Positions 49,164-59,405 of a stretch of DNA of 64,000 nt are shown here, piece after piece. The stretch is from Cyanobacteria bacterium P01_D01_bin.156 (lineage in GTDB: Bacteria; Cyanobacteriota; Cyanobacteriia; Phormidesmidales; Phormidesmidaceae). Both the position numbers and the translations under genes were made by a program. Every line of letters starts with the position of its first letter. Position 1 is the stretch's first letter. Location of the stretch: contig JBCCQQ010000016.1 of NCBI GenBank assembly GCA_039024555.1, positions 39,372 through 103,371 of the forward strand, in the 5' to 3' direction. Below the pieces are notes generated by a model, which was given only the letters and a program-made list of their open reading frames with translations, searched no databases and had not been told where the DNA came from.

Positions 49164-49595
49164 CTAGGCCATGGCTTCACCCACCTGACCATGGAAACGT
49201 TCACCAAAAATAGCACTGGCAAAACAATAGTATTTAAACTCCAATAAATTATGGAACGGATCTTCGAGAAAAAAGGTGCAATGTTCTAGGGCAGAGCTTT
49301 CAAACCGACGCTTAGGCTCTTGGTAAAACGATAATCCTTGCTCCTTGGCACGCTCTGCCAGTGCCTGCCAGTGTGCCTCTGTCTCAAATACCAAACCAAA
49401 ATGTCGAGGATAAATACTGCCTTGTTCATGGAGCTGGTCGCGGGTGACATGGGCTACTAACTGATGCCCCTGAAAATTCATAATCAAAGCGCTGGGAGAC
49501 TCTCGACCGGGCTCACAGCCAAGACCATCAACGTAGAATCGCTTTGTATCAGGAATATTGCCAACCGGAAAAGCAAGATGAAAAAGATTAGCCAT
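49164..49595 (-). CDS. VOC/glyoxalase family protein
   Basis: FHLAFPV, FY..GLGC..GR, GHQLVAH, PRHFG and FF.EDP..N.LEFK. ATG at 49595 preferred as start. Confidence 0.9.
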   Translation of the reverse strand: MANLFHLAFPVGNIPDTKRFYVDGLGCEPGRESPSALIMNFQGHQLVAHVTRDQLHEQGSIYPRHFGLVFETEAHWQALAERAKEQGLSFYQEPKRRFESSALEHCTFFLEDPFHNLLEFKYYCFASAIFGERFHGQVGEAMA

Positions 49596-49917
49596 TGCTA
49601 TCACCGTAAAATGTCCCAATAACGATTGCTGATTTAAGAAGATCAGCAAAGACTCACAACATTATAGAGAGGCAATCTGGACTGCTACAGTCGCAAAGCG
49701 ATGAACTCACTACGGATACAGAGAAAAAAATCCCCCAACATTACTGTGAGGGATATGTCAAGGTTCATCTACTCATTCACACATTCTTAAAGACCAACCA
49801 CGGTCCGGAAGGTTTTAGCTTTTATATGAAGAAACTGCCAATTTTATATAAATCAACTAAACCCCGAGTAGTTTGCTTTCGTAAAATCAAATTTTTTCGC
49901 CGTACATGTCCTTCAAC

Positions 49918-50613
49918 CTATGAGTCTTGACCGAACCGGATAAAATCTGCCTGTTCTAGGATCAGTTCAGCAAATTCCCGCTGGCCGCTAGCTGCAAACA
50001 GCTGAGCCGCTGTCTCATAATTTTTGACGATTTCTGTGCGCAAATTGTCCGGTAGGCTTTCTGGTCCTTCAAAGGCTTCTCCCAGCCTTAGTGCCTGGTG
50101 ACGTAACAGTGCATCGGCGCGTCCTAGATAAGCATTGGGCTGATCGGGAACCAGCAAAATTGCCGCCTGATAGGCTTCCGATGCCTCACCGTAATCTTCC
50201 GATTGCATGAGTTCTAAGGCCCGATCATACACCTGCTGATAGTCAGTAGCAGGGTTGATTGATATGCGGTAGTTGCCCCCTAACTGTCCATAAAAGGAGC
50301 CTGCTAATACCGTATATTCCCCCGTTTCCGGTAGTTCTGCCACGATGGTGGCATGGGGGCTGCCATCATAGTCATCATTTTGTTCCCATATGTCACCAGC
50401 CGGTGTTAACAACGTCAAAAAGGTGTCAAACTCATCGCTGACCATTTCAATAACGACCACGTCTCCAGCATCTGCTGTAAAAGTGTGTGGGTTTTGTTGG
50501 GGCTGAAACTCCACACTATCCTCTAACAACAGTTGGGCCATCGCCGGTAGCCCCATGCCCATCGCCAGCCACGCCCCCAGTACGAAAGAGCCTCTTAGTT
50601 GACGGCAATCCAT
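49918..50613 (-). CDS. Exported PPC-domain + TPR protein
   Basis: Signal peptide (..LPAMAQ), PPC-like V.I.M.S.EFDT.L.L..P.G.....NDD and LPETG.Y.V.A, then TPR-like helices. Start chosen at ATG 50613. Confidence 0.75.
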   Translation of the reverse strand: MDCRQLRGSFVLGAWLAMGMGLPAMAQLLLEDSVEFQPQQNPHTFTADAGDVVVIEMVSDEFDTFLTLLTPAGDIWEQNDDYDGSPHATIVAELPETGEYTVLAGSFYGQLGGNYRISINPATDYQQVYDRALELMQSEDYGEASEAYQAAILLVPDQPNAYLGRADALLRHQALRLGEAFEGPESLPDNLRTEIVKNYETAAQLFAASGQREFAELILEQADFIRFGQDS

Positions 50614-50719
50614 CCATCGGCGGTGACAACCGACTAAACTGGGTATGGAAAATCTGAGCATAAAACTCCTTATTGCCTCTATGGGCGCTATTACGACTGA
50701 CAGCAGGGATAAACCAAGG

Positions 50720-51115
50720 ATGAACCACCATATCAGGCAATCTTTATCCGTCACCATTGTGCCCTGGCAGCAAATTTTAGCTGTCAGCTGTCTTTGCCTA
50801 GGGCTAGGGTCTATCCGTCCAGAAGCTGCTGCTGCCCAAGAATCCTACCCACATCCGACTCCGGCAAATAGCACAGGCCAAATTTTGCTGCCTGCCACCG
50901 ACGATGTACCTGAGGAAATCTTACGAACTGAAATTATCTTTGAAGCGCGTTCTCCCCTGGACGGGACAGTCATGTCACCCGCTGATTACGCCCAACTGCA
51001 AGCAGAGCTAGCGGCGCCCCAAACATCTCCCACGCTAAATTCCGATATCCGCTACATCATTTTTTTACTACAGGCCCGTCGTACCTTTAAGCCCGTGATT
51101 CCCTTTTTGCCATAG
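50720..51115 (+). CDS. Exported hypothetical protein
   Basis: Signal-like N-terminus and DVPEEILRTEIIFEARSPLDG...S.ADYA.L motif, resembling conserved cyanobacterial hypotheticals. Start uncertain. Confidence 0.6.
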   Translation: MNHHIRQSLSVTIVPWQQILAVSCLCLGLGSIRPEAAAAQESYPHPTPANSTGQILLPATDDVPEEILRTEIIFEARSPLDGTVMSPADYAQLQAELAAPQTSPTLNSDIRYIIFLLQARRTFKPVIPFLP

Positions 51116-51284
51116 GTGGGGAATCGTAAATTCTTCATATTTTCTAAAAAACAGTTGCTTTGTAACAAGCAATTGTTGTTACGCTCTGTTAACCTAAACT
51201 TCATAGTCCTTAGCAAGCTAAAGCTAGCTTGGTTAAGTGTCTTCTTTTAAAAGCACAATTTTATATAGTTAGGTTTAGGTATCT

Positions 51285-53585
51285 ATGGCACTAACCACGG
51301 CCCCAGAGCAAATCGACCGGATTGTTGGTAACTACCACCACAATCCCTTTGACGTTCTCGGTCCCCACCGTATTCGGCTGGAGGGTAAAGACGTATGGAC
51401 CGTGCGTGCCTATCTGCCTAAAGCTGATGCTGCTTGGGTTGTGCTGCCTGATACTCGTCAGGAAGTCTCAATGGCCAATGACCACCATGGCGACTTTTTC
51501 GAATGTGTGCTCGATGTAGAGGATCTAGCTAGCTACCAGCTGCGCTACAAAGAAGCTGGTCATGAGCATGTAGTCTATGACCCCTATGCGTTTCGTTCGC
51601 CCTTAGTCACCGAATACGATGCCCACCTATTTGGGGAAGGAAATCACCATCGTATCTATGAAAAACTGGGTGCTCACCCCACCACTATTGATGGTGTAGC
51701 CGGTGTGTACTTTGCCGTGTGGGCTCCCAATGCCCGTAATGTATCGATTCTAGGTGATTTCAATGCCTGGGATGGTCGCCAGCATCAGATGAATATTGGC
51801 CATGGCGGTATCTGGGGTTTATTTATCCCTGAACTTACTATTGGCACCGCCTACAAGTATGAAATTAAGAACCACGAGGGGCACATTTACGAAAAGTCTG
51901 ACCCCTATGGTTTTCAGCAAGAGGTTCGACCAAAAACAGCATCCATCGTTGCCGATTTAGATAGCTATCAGTGGCAGGATGAATCCTGGATGGAAACCCG
52001 TCGTCACCAGGACCCGATGACTCAGCCGGTTTCGGTGTATGAGCTACACCTAGGCTCCTGGATGCATGCTTCTTCTGGTGAACCTGCTAAACAATCAGAT
52101 GGCACCGATGCTCCCGTCGTGACCGTGGCCGATCTAAAGCCCGGTGCACGATTTCTCACCTACCGTGAGCTTGCGGACAAACTGATTCCTTACGTCAAGG
52201 AACTGGGCTTTACCCACATCGAGCTACTACCCGTTGCAGAACATCCCTTTGATGGGTCCTGGGGCTATCAGGTGACGGGCTACTATGCTGCCACTTCTCG
52301 CTACGGTTCTCCCGAGGACCTAATGTACTTTATTGACCAGTGTCACCAAAACGGCATTGGTGTACTGGTGGACTGGGTCCCCGGTCACTTTCCTAAGGAC
52401 GGTCACGGTCTAGCGTTCTTTGATGGCACCCATCTCTATGAGCACGCTGACCCCCGTAAGGGTGAACACAAGGAATGGGGCACCCTGGTCTTTAACTATG
52501 GCCGCAATGAGGTTCGTAACTTCCTGGTGGCCAATGCCCTGTTCTGGTTCGACAAGTACCATATCGATGGCATTCGGGTAGATGCAGTAGCTTCCATGCT
52601 CTACCTGGACTACAACCGTAAAGACGGGGAATGGGTGGCCAATGATTACGGTGGTCGCGAGAACATTGAAGCGGCTGACTGTCTACGTCAGGTTAATCAC
52701 CTGCTGTTTAGCTATTATCCTGGCATTCTCTCCATTGCAGAAGAATCCACTTCCTGGCCGATGGTGTCTTGGCCTACCTATGTTGGTGGTCTAGGCTTTA
52801 ACCTCAAGTGGAATATGGGTTGGATGCACGACATGCTGGATTATTTCAGCATGGACCCCTGGTTCCGTCAGTTCCACCAGAACAACGTCACTTTCAGTAT
52901 CTGGTACGCCTTTAGCGAGAACTTTATGCTGGCCCTGTCCCACGACGAAGTGGTCCACGGCAAGAGCAACATGATTGGCAAAATGCCCGGTGACGAATGG
53001 CAGAAGTTTGCCAATATGCGGTGTCTGTATACCTACATGTTTACGCATCCCGGTAAGAACACCCTGTTTATGGGGATGGAATTTGGCCAGTGGAAAGAGT
53101 GGAATGTGTGGGGTGATTTGGAATGGGAGCTGCTTAACTTCCAGCCCCACCAGCAACTCAAAACATTCTTTACTAGGCTCCATGAGACTTACAAGAGCGA
53201 GCCTGCGTTATATACCCAAGACTTTGACCAGCAAGGCTTTGAGTGGGTTGACTGCAGCGACAGCAGCCACAGCGTTGTGGCCTTTATTCGCCGTGCAAAA
53301 GACAGCGATGAGTTTATTATCACAGTGTGTAACTTTACGCCACAGCCCCATAGCCACTATCGAGTAGGCGTTCCAGCCAAGGGTTACTATCGGGAAATCT
53401 TCAACAGTGATGCCCGCGACTTCGGCGGTAGCAACATGGGTAACCTCGGTGGCAAATGGTCCGACGACTGGGCATATCACAACTGCCCTTATTCGTTGGA
53501 TATCACACTGCCCCCACTGGCAACTGTAGTCTTTAAGCTAGACCCAGCTCGGACATCGTCAGCTGCCCTATCTGGGTTCGCTTAA
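51285..53585 (+). CDS. glgB: 1,4-alpha-glucan branching enzyme
   Basis: [54 protein letters not shown] and [10 protein letters not shown]. Confidence 0.99.
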   Translation: MALTTAPEQIDRIVGNYHHNPFDVLGPHRIRLEGKDVWTVRAYLPKADAAWVVLPDTRQEVSMANDHHGDFFECVLDVEDLASYQLRYKEAGHEHVVYDPYAFRSPLVTEYDAHLFGEGNHHRIYEKLGAHPTTIDGVAGVYFAVWAPNARNVSILGDFNAWDGRQHQMNIGHGGIWGLFIPELTIGTAYKYEIKNHEGHIYEKSDPYGFQQEVRPKTASIVADLDSYQWQDESWMETRRHQDPMTQPVSVYELHLGSWMHASSGEPAKQSDGTDAPVVTVADLKPGARFLTYRELADKLIPYVKELGFTHIELLPVAEHPFDGSWGYQVTGYYAATSRYGSPEDLMYFIDQCHQNGIGVLVDWVPGHFPKDGHGLAFFDGTHLYEHADPRKGEHKEWGTLVFNYGRNEVRNFLVANALFWFDKYHIDGIRVDAVASMLYLDYNRKDGEWVANDYGGRENIEAADCLRQVNHLLFSYYPGILSIAEESTSWPMVSWPTYVGGLGFNLKWNMGWMHDMLDYFSMDPWFRQFHQNNVTFSIWYAFSENFMLALSHDEVVHGKSNMIGKMPGDEWQKFANMRCLYTYMFTHPGKNTLFMGMEFGQWKEWNVWGDLEWELLNFQPHQQLKTFFTRLHETYKSEPALYTQDFDQQGFEWVDCSDSSHSVVAFIRRAKDSDEFIITVCNFTPQPHSHYRVGVPAKGYYREIFNSDARDFGGSNMGNLGGKWSDDWAYHNCPYSLDITLPPLATVVFKLDPARTSSAALSGFA

Positions 53586-53625
53586 AAAGATAGTGCGGGG
53601 GGCATACAGTCTCCCCACTATCTTT
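53586..53625. terminator. Hairpin between convergent genes, probable terminator
   Basis: AAAGATAGTG(C)GGG...CCCCACTATCTTT directly after the glgB stop. Confidence 0.6.
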
Positions 53626-53626
53626 A

Positions 53627-53884
53627 TTACTGCACAACTGTTTGCCAATTCTTAGATTTGGGACCAAATAGCTGGGCGGCTTTTTGTTCTGCGGCCTTGA
53701 GGGAAGGGTGCCATTCTTCAAAGCTGTAGGGTCCATCTATTTCATTGGCATATAGATAATAGCCATGGCCATCGTACTCTATTGCTAAGCGAAGCACTGC
53801 ACCGGGTGTTAACTGAGCTGGTCGGTTAGGCACATCTTTGGGGATTTGCCACATAGGAATTTGCTTAACCACCATTGAGGGCAT
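53627..53884 (-). CDS. Small hypothetical protein
   Basis: 85-aa ORF with protein-like composition (LAIEYDGHGYYLY...EEWH.SL..A...A...FG....W). Confidence 0.6.
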   Translation of the reverse strand: MPSMVVKQIPMWQIPKDVPNRPAQLTPGAVLRLAIEYDGHGYYLYANEIDGPYSFEEWHPSLKAAEQKAAQLFGPKSKNWQTVVQ

Positions 53885-54009
53885 AAATTATGAATATTTT
53901 GCCGTTAGAGACAAATTATTGGCACAACTTTTTTCTTATACGCGATCTGGTGTGAAATTCTGCAATGGCTTGGTACGGAGACCTTGACAACCCTAGGCAA
54001 TACTTTGGC

Positions 54010-55203
54010 TTAGTTTTCGCTACGAATGTAAGTTTGGCTCTGCTCTTCGGCGGTTAGATCGGCTAAAGAGATGTCGTTTCTTAGGACACGACCGGTGGGA
54101 CCTACAATCTGACGCGGCAAGGTTTGAACATTTACAATATCCATTTGATTCATGTTGTAAGTCGTGTAGACGGTCTCGCCGGTATCAAAGAAAAAGTCCA
54201 GCACGGTTAGGGTCTGCATGGCGGCATCAGTACGGTACAGCCAGGTGCGAGGGCCACTGCCCAGCGCACCACAGTGCAGAAGGTTCAGGTCACCCACATG
54301 GCCTGGGTAGTAAGCATGGTGGTGACCACTCATGTAGGTGTGAACATTGTGACGTTCCAGCACGGCCCGGAGTTGTTCAGAGTCGTTGAGGAATTCACCG
54401 TAGCGATCGCGACCTTGGGAAATGGCATATAGCGGCAAGTGGCCAATGGCGATGCGAAACCTAGCCTCTTGCGCTGCCGCACTACCCAGCTGCTGGTCTG
54501 CCCAGGCTACCTGGTCCGCAGGCACATTTGCCGATGATGCATCCCAAACGAGGTAGAAAATATCGTTCTGTTTAAAGCTGTAATAGTAGGGAAAATCGCC
54601 GGTATCAACGTACTGTAAATCCAGCTCGTTTTGATGGGCCTGCCAGTAGCGGGTAGTGATCTGGCGATCGATATCGTAGATATAGCCACCATTCTGATAG
54701 GTTTGGTTAGATGCATCGTGGTTGCCAATGGTGAGCGCATAGGGAATATTGGCCTCACGAATAGGCTTAAGAATCAGATTGTCAAATCCTTGCCACATGG
54801 ATTCCACTTCAGCAGTGGTTAGGGATTTGCTTTGGCCCGCCACCATGTCGCCCATACACAGCACAATATCCGGTTCCCACTGGGGCAAGATAGAAACCCC
54901 TCGCATCACCTCGCGACGATAGTCCACCGAGCCATAGCGGGAGTTTAAATCGCTAATGACAACGGCTCGCACATCGCCCCGTTGGGGAGCAAAGAGTTCA
55001 GCTGGGCCGATGGATTTACCAACGTTGGGATGGCGGGCCACAGGTAACTCACTGGTCGTAGACACGAGTTCATCAGGTGTGCTGGTCACTGACTGGGCCA
55101 CAGGTCGAGCCGAGCAAGCGCCGATGGCCAGGCTACTAAGGAGAAGAAAGCGACGCCGATTGAACATGGTGAAAGCGAAGAGTGTGAGCTGTCTTATGGG
55201 CAA
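54010..55203 (-). CDS. Tat-exported metallophosphoesterase (calcineurin-like), probable lipoprotein
   Basis: NRRRFL twin-arginine motif, AIGAC lipobox-like segment, and SDLN, GD, GNHD, GH.P and SGHHH metal motifs. The start may be the internal Met before FNRRR. Confidence 0.85.
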   Translation of the reverse strand: MPIRQLTLFAFTMFNRRRFLLLSSLAIGACSARPVAQSVTSTPDELVSTTSELPVARHPNVGKSIGPAELFAPQRGDVRAVVISDLNSRYGSVDYRREVMRGVSILPQWEPDIVLCMGDMVAGQSKSLTTAEVESMWQGFDNLILKPIREANIPYALTIGNHDASNQTYQNGGYIYDIDRQITTRYWQAHQNELDLQYVDTGDFPYYYSFKQNDIFYLVWDASSANVPADQVAWADQQLGSAAAQEARFRIAIGHLPLYAISQGRDRYGEFLNDSEQLRAVLERHNVHTYMSGHHHAYYPGHVGDLNLLHCGALGSGPRTWLYRTDAAMQTLTVLDFFFDTGETVYTTYNMNQMDIVNVQTLPRQIVGPTGRVLRNDISLADLTAEEQSQTYIRSEN

Positions 55204-55393
55204 GGTAACCCAGAGATTGACGGTCGTAAAGTATTGTGGATGCCGGAACAGTGCGGGCTGCGAGTGAGTCGAGTCGTTATCGGTAATGGTTTATAACAAC
55301 TATGGACCCATTATTTTGGCTGCCAGTTTATGCAGCTAGAACTATTCTGAATGGAATTACTTCAATTGGATTTGATGTAGTTAACGGTAGACG

Positions 55394-58300
55394 ATGTTTG
55401 ATTGTGCTCCTATGAATCTACGTTTTTTAGCAGGGTTTCTGGCGACGATTGGAGTCCTGGCCACTGCAGCCCCAAGCCGAGCGCAAATGCCCCTATTACA
55501 ACTAGAAGGAGCACTGGAGCTGGGAGATGCGCAGTTTGAGGATGGTACTTTCTATGATGAATATCAATTCGAGGTAGAGGCTGGTGATGCGGTTGTTATC
55601 ACCTTAGAAAGTGAGGCGTTTGATACCTATTTGCTGTTATCAGATGAGGCAGGGGAGTTTATTGCAACTAACGATGATTTTGCTGATGCAACTAACTCGG
55701 CGATTGGCATTGTCTTATCTGAAGCGGGCACCTATCTAGTTGGGGCGAATGCCTATGAAGCTAATATTCAGGGAAACTACAGTCTTCGGGTTGAAAAAAC
55801 CTCTGCAGATGATCCAAGAGTGCTGTGGTCAGAAGCAGACCGATTTAAAGTTCGAGGTGTAGCAACAGCTGGGCAAAACAACTATTTAGACGCTCTAACT
55901 CTTTTTCAGCAGGCGCTGACTCGTTATCAAGATATTAGCGATGTTTACAGCACAAGCAAAACACTACGGAGGGCAATAGCCACAACAGTTCAAAGCATTA
56001 GCTCAATGCATCGATTGTTGGGCAATTATCCTGAATCATTAAGCTACTACACCCAGGCGTTAGCACTCCTTGAAGAGATTGAATCAGATTATGGTAGTAG
56101 TGAAGCACTACGTACCAGTTTGGCGATCAATTTGAACAATATTGGTGTTGTAAATTTAGCATTGGGAAACTCGGTTGAAGCACTAGATTACTACTCCCAG
56201 AGTCTGATGATTTCTCAGGAGCTAGCTGACCGGCCTACTGAAGCGGCTACTCTTGAAAATATGGGAGATGTAAGCCAACTTTTAGGCAACTATTCTGAAG
56301 CGTTGGACTACTACAGTCAGAGTCTAACAATTGTGCAAGATTTGATTGATCGTGAAGTAGAAGCTGTAGTGCTTAACAAGATTGGCAATGTAAATCAGGA
56401 TTTAGGCGGCTATCCTGAAGCGTTGAATTACTATAATCAAAGCTTGATAATTGCACGAGAGAACAACATCTCGGCGATTCAAGCTACGGCTCTTAATAAT
56501 ATTGGTGAAGTGAGCCGTGCCTTGGGGAACTATTCCGAGGCGCTGAATTTTTATAACCAAAGTCTGGCGATTGCTCGGGAAACAGGCGACCGCGAAATTG
56601 AATCTAGAAACCTTAACAACATTGGTGTTGTAAAACAACTAACAGGGAATTATCCTGAGGCGCTAGATTTTTATGCTCAAAGTCTGGCAATTACTCGGGA
56701 GATAGGCGATCGTGAAGCTGAGGCAACAACACTCAACAATATTGGTGAAACCCATCGGTCGTTGAGCAACTATGCGGAAGCATTGGAACATTACGACAAA
56801 AGCCTGGTGATTTTGCGAGAGATCGATGCTCGTGCAAGTGAAGCGGTCACTCTCCAAAATATTGGGCTTGTGAAACAGCTGATGAGGAACTATCCTGAGG
56901 CGCTAGATTTTTATGATCAAAGTTTAGCGATCTCACAGGAAGTCGGTGACCGTGCAACCGAAACAGTCACTCTTCAAAATATTGGTACTGTAAATTATCT
57001 AACAGGCAACTATTCTGAGGCGTTAGACTACCATATAGAAAGTCTGTTAATTGCCCAGGAAATTGGCGATCGGGCTACGGAAGCTAAGAATTTTCAAAGC
57101 ATTGGCACTATCAATCAGGCTTTGGCCAATTATCCCAAAGCTCTGGAGTACTATGACCAAAGCCTAACGCTTATACGAGAGCTTGGTGATCGCCCATCTG
57201 AAGCCGTTATTCTGATTAATTTTGGCGCGGTCCATCAACTATTAGGTAACTATGCTGTAGCTTTAGACTACTATGGCCAAAGTTTAGTACTTACACGGGA
57301 GCTTGGTGATCGGGCAAGTGAAGCGATTGTTAATAACAACCTTGGCCTTGTTAATCAACTATTAGAAAACTATATTGAGGCCTTGGATAACTACGCTCAA
57401 GGCTTGATGATTGCCCAGGAAATTGGCGATCGGGCTACGGAAGCGACAATTTTTAATAATGTCGGTGAGATAGGCCGTTTGCAAGGAAATGATGCTGAAG
57501 CGCTGGTTTATTTTAATCAAAGTCTTTTGCTAGCAAGAGAGATTGGTGACCGGGCAACGGAGCTCAGACCTCTCAACAATATTGGTCTAGTGGAACAATC
57601 GCTGGGAAACTATAAAAAAGCACTGGAATACTATACCCAAAGTCTAGTAATTGCCCGCGAAATTCGCGATCGCGAAACTGAAGCCATAAACCTGGCTAAC
57701 ATTGGTTTACTGTTTCATAAGCAATCCCAGTCTGACCTGGCAATTATTTTTCTAAAAGAGGCCATAAATACCTACGAAAAAATCCGCACCAATAATCAGG
57801 CGCTTTCCTCAGACGCACAGCAGACTTATACCGATACCGTCGCTTCTAGATATCGTGATTTAGCGAGTTTACTACTTGCGGAGGGGCGTATTCCGGAAGC
57901 GCAACAGGTTCTGGATTTATTGCAACTGGAAGAATTGCGAGAGTTTACCGATACCCGCGCTGTATGGACTAGTGAGGGTATTCGCCTAAGCAATCCAGAA
58001 CAAACTGTGGCCGATGCCCATGGTAGCCTAATTGCTTTGGGTAGCAGAGTAGTGGACTGTGAACGCAGCAACTGTACTGCCCTAGATACGCTGTACGATC
58101 AGCAAGAAGCTCTGCTAGCTCAGTATGATGCTGAAGTAGCTCGTTTCGCCGAAGCTGTTAGAGATAGCCGTCGAGCTGATGATATTTTTCAAAATCCTGA
58201 CAATATCAGTGGCGATGCTCAAAAGCTATTAGAAGCATATGCTGCAGAGGAGCAAAATACGCTGTTGGTGTATCCTTTTGTGCTGGAAGATAAGCTGTGG

Positions 58301-59335
58301 CTGGTATGGGTCACTGTGGGCGATGTGGTCGGCAGTATTGAAGTGCCAGTTAGCCAAGTAGAACTGGCGACTACGGTGCAACAATTTGGAGCTTTACTAA
58401 AGTCTCGCTCCAGTGACCTCTCAGAGCTACAAAACACTAGTCAAAAGCTCTACAGCTGGATCATTGAGCCCATTGCTGCCGAGCTAGAGAAAAACAACAT
58501 TGACCATCTCGTATTCGTCAATGACCGAGTCACTCGCTATATTCCTATGGGTGCTTTGCACGATGGTGAAAACTATCTGCTAGAGAACTACACCATTTCT
58601 ACAGTGCTATCCCCAGCCGCGACCGACATGGGCGATCGTTTGGGGCCAGTCCTCAGTTCCAATGTGTTGGGTTTGGGCCTTACTGAAGCGGTAGAGAACT
58701 TCAACCCATTACCCGCTGTCAGGGATGAGCTGGCTGGCATTATCAAAAGCCAAGATGGCGGCATCTATCCAGGGCAATCATTCCTCAATCAGGATTTTAC
58801 CTTTGATGCGTTTAAGGACAATGTGCAAGGTAATCGCATCCTGCATGTGGCCACCCATGCTGCTTTTGAGCCCGGTCGTCCGGAAGAGTCGTTTATTGTC
58901 CTGGGTGATGGCAGCCGTATGAGAATTCCTGATATTGAGACGATGCAGCGGCGTCTGCGAAATCTGCATCTGGTGGTTCTATCTGCCTGCCAGACGGCAT
59001 TGGGGGGTACCAATCAACAAGACGGTACGGAGATTACGGGGCTTAGCTCTTACTTTTTAGAGGCGAATCGGGCAGAGGCGGTGATTGCGTCTCTGTGGTC
59101 TGTGAATGACCGAAGCACCAGCGTACTGATGCAGCGTTTTTACGAAAATCTAGCCGCTGGTGAGCCTAAGGCCGATGCCCTACGCAAAGCTCAGCTTTCT
59201 CTGCTAGGCAGTGACCAGGCCGGTGGTGGGGATGAGCGCATTATTGGCCAGCGACAAGCAGACGAGCCAGGGGCTGCAATACTTTCACATCCTTATTTCT
59301 GGGCTCCGTTTATCTTGATCGGTAACGGGTTGTAA
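55394..59335 (+). CDS. Exported PPC + TPR array + CHAT (caspase-like) protease 1
   Basis: Signal peptide, PPC domain, ~15 40-aa TPRs, CHAT catalytic LHVATHA and LVVLSACQT, and HPYFWAPFILIGN. The start may be ATG 55412. Confidence 0.95.
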   Translation: MFDCAPMNLRFLAGFLATIGVLATAAPSRAQMPLLQLEGALELGDAQFEDGTFYDEYQFEVEAGDAVVITLESEAFDTYLLLSDEAGEFIATNDDFADATNSAIGIVLSEAGTYLVGANAYEANIQGNYSLRVEKTSADDPRVLWSEADRFKVRGVATAGQNNYLDALTLFQQALTRYQDISDVYSTSKTLRRAIATTVQSISSMHRLLGNYPESLSYYTQALALLEEIESDYGSSEALRTSLAINLNNIGVVNLALGNSVEALDYYSQSLMISQELADRPTEAATLENMGDVSQLLGNYSEALDYYSQSLTIVQDLIDREVEAVVLNKIGNVNQDLGGYPEALNYYNQSLIIARENNISAIQATALNNIGEVSRALGNYSEALNFYNQSLAIARETGDREIESRNLNNIGVVKQLTGNYPEALDFYAQSLAITREIGDREAEATTLNNIGETHRSLSNYAEALEHYDKSLVILREIDARASEAVTLQNIGLVKQLMRNYPEALDFYDQSLAISQEVGDRATETVTLQNIGTVNYLTGNYSEALDYHIESLLIAQEIGDRATEAKNFQSIGTINQALANYPKALEYYDQSLTLIRELGDRPSEAVILINFGAVHQLLGNYAVALDYYGQSLVLTRELGDRASEAIVNNNLGLVNQLLENYIEALDNYAQGLMIAQEIGDRATEATIFNNVGEIGRLQGNDAEALVYFNQSLLLAREIGDRATELRPLNNIGLVEQSLGNYKKALEYYTQSLVIAREIRDRETEAINLANIGLLFHKQSQSDLAIIFLKEAINTYEKIRTNNQALSSDAQQTYTDTVASRYRDLASLLLAEGRIPEAQQVLDLLQLEELREFTDTRAVWTSEGIRLSNPEQTVADAHGSLIALGSRVVDCERSNCTALDTLYDQQEALLAQYDAEVARFAEAVRDSRRADDIFQNPDNISGDAQKLLEAYAAEEQNTLLVYPFVLEDKLWLVWVTVGDVVGSIEVPVSQVELATTVQQFGALLKSRSSDLSELQNTSQKLYSWIIEPIAAELEKNNIDHLVFVNDRVTRYIPMGALHDGENYLLENYTISTVLSPAATDMGDRLGPVLSSNVLGLGLTEAVENFNPLPAVRDELAGIIKSQDGGIYPGQSFLNQDFTFDAFKDNVQGNRILHVATHAAFEPGRPEESFIVLGDGSRMRIPDIETMQRRLRNLHLVVLSACQTALGGTNQQDGTEITGLSSYFLEANRAEAVIASLWSVNDRSTSVLMQRFYENLAAGEPKADALRKAQLSLLGSDQAGGGDERIIGQRQADEPGAAILSHPYFWAPFILIGNGL

Positions 59336-59405
59336 ACACAATTTTGTTCAAACGCGGAATTGTAGTATTCAATTTTGATGTAATGGATTGTTTGGCAAGG
59401 CTTTT

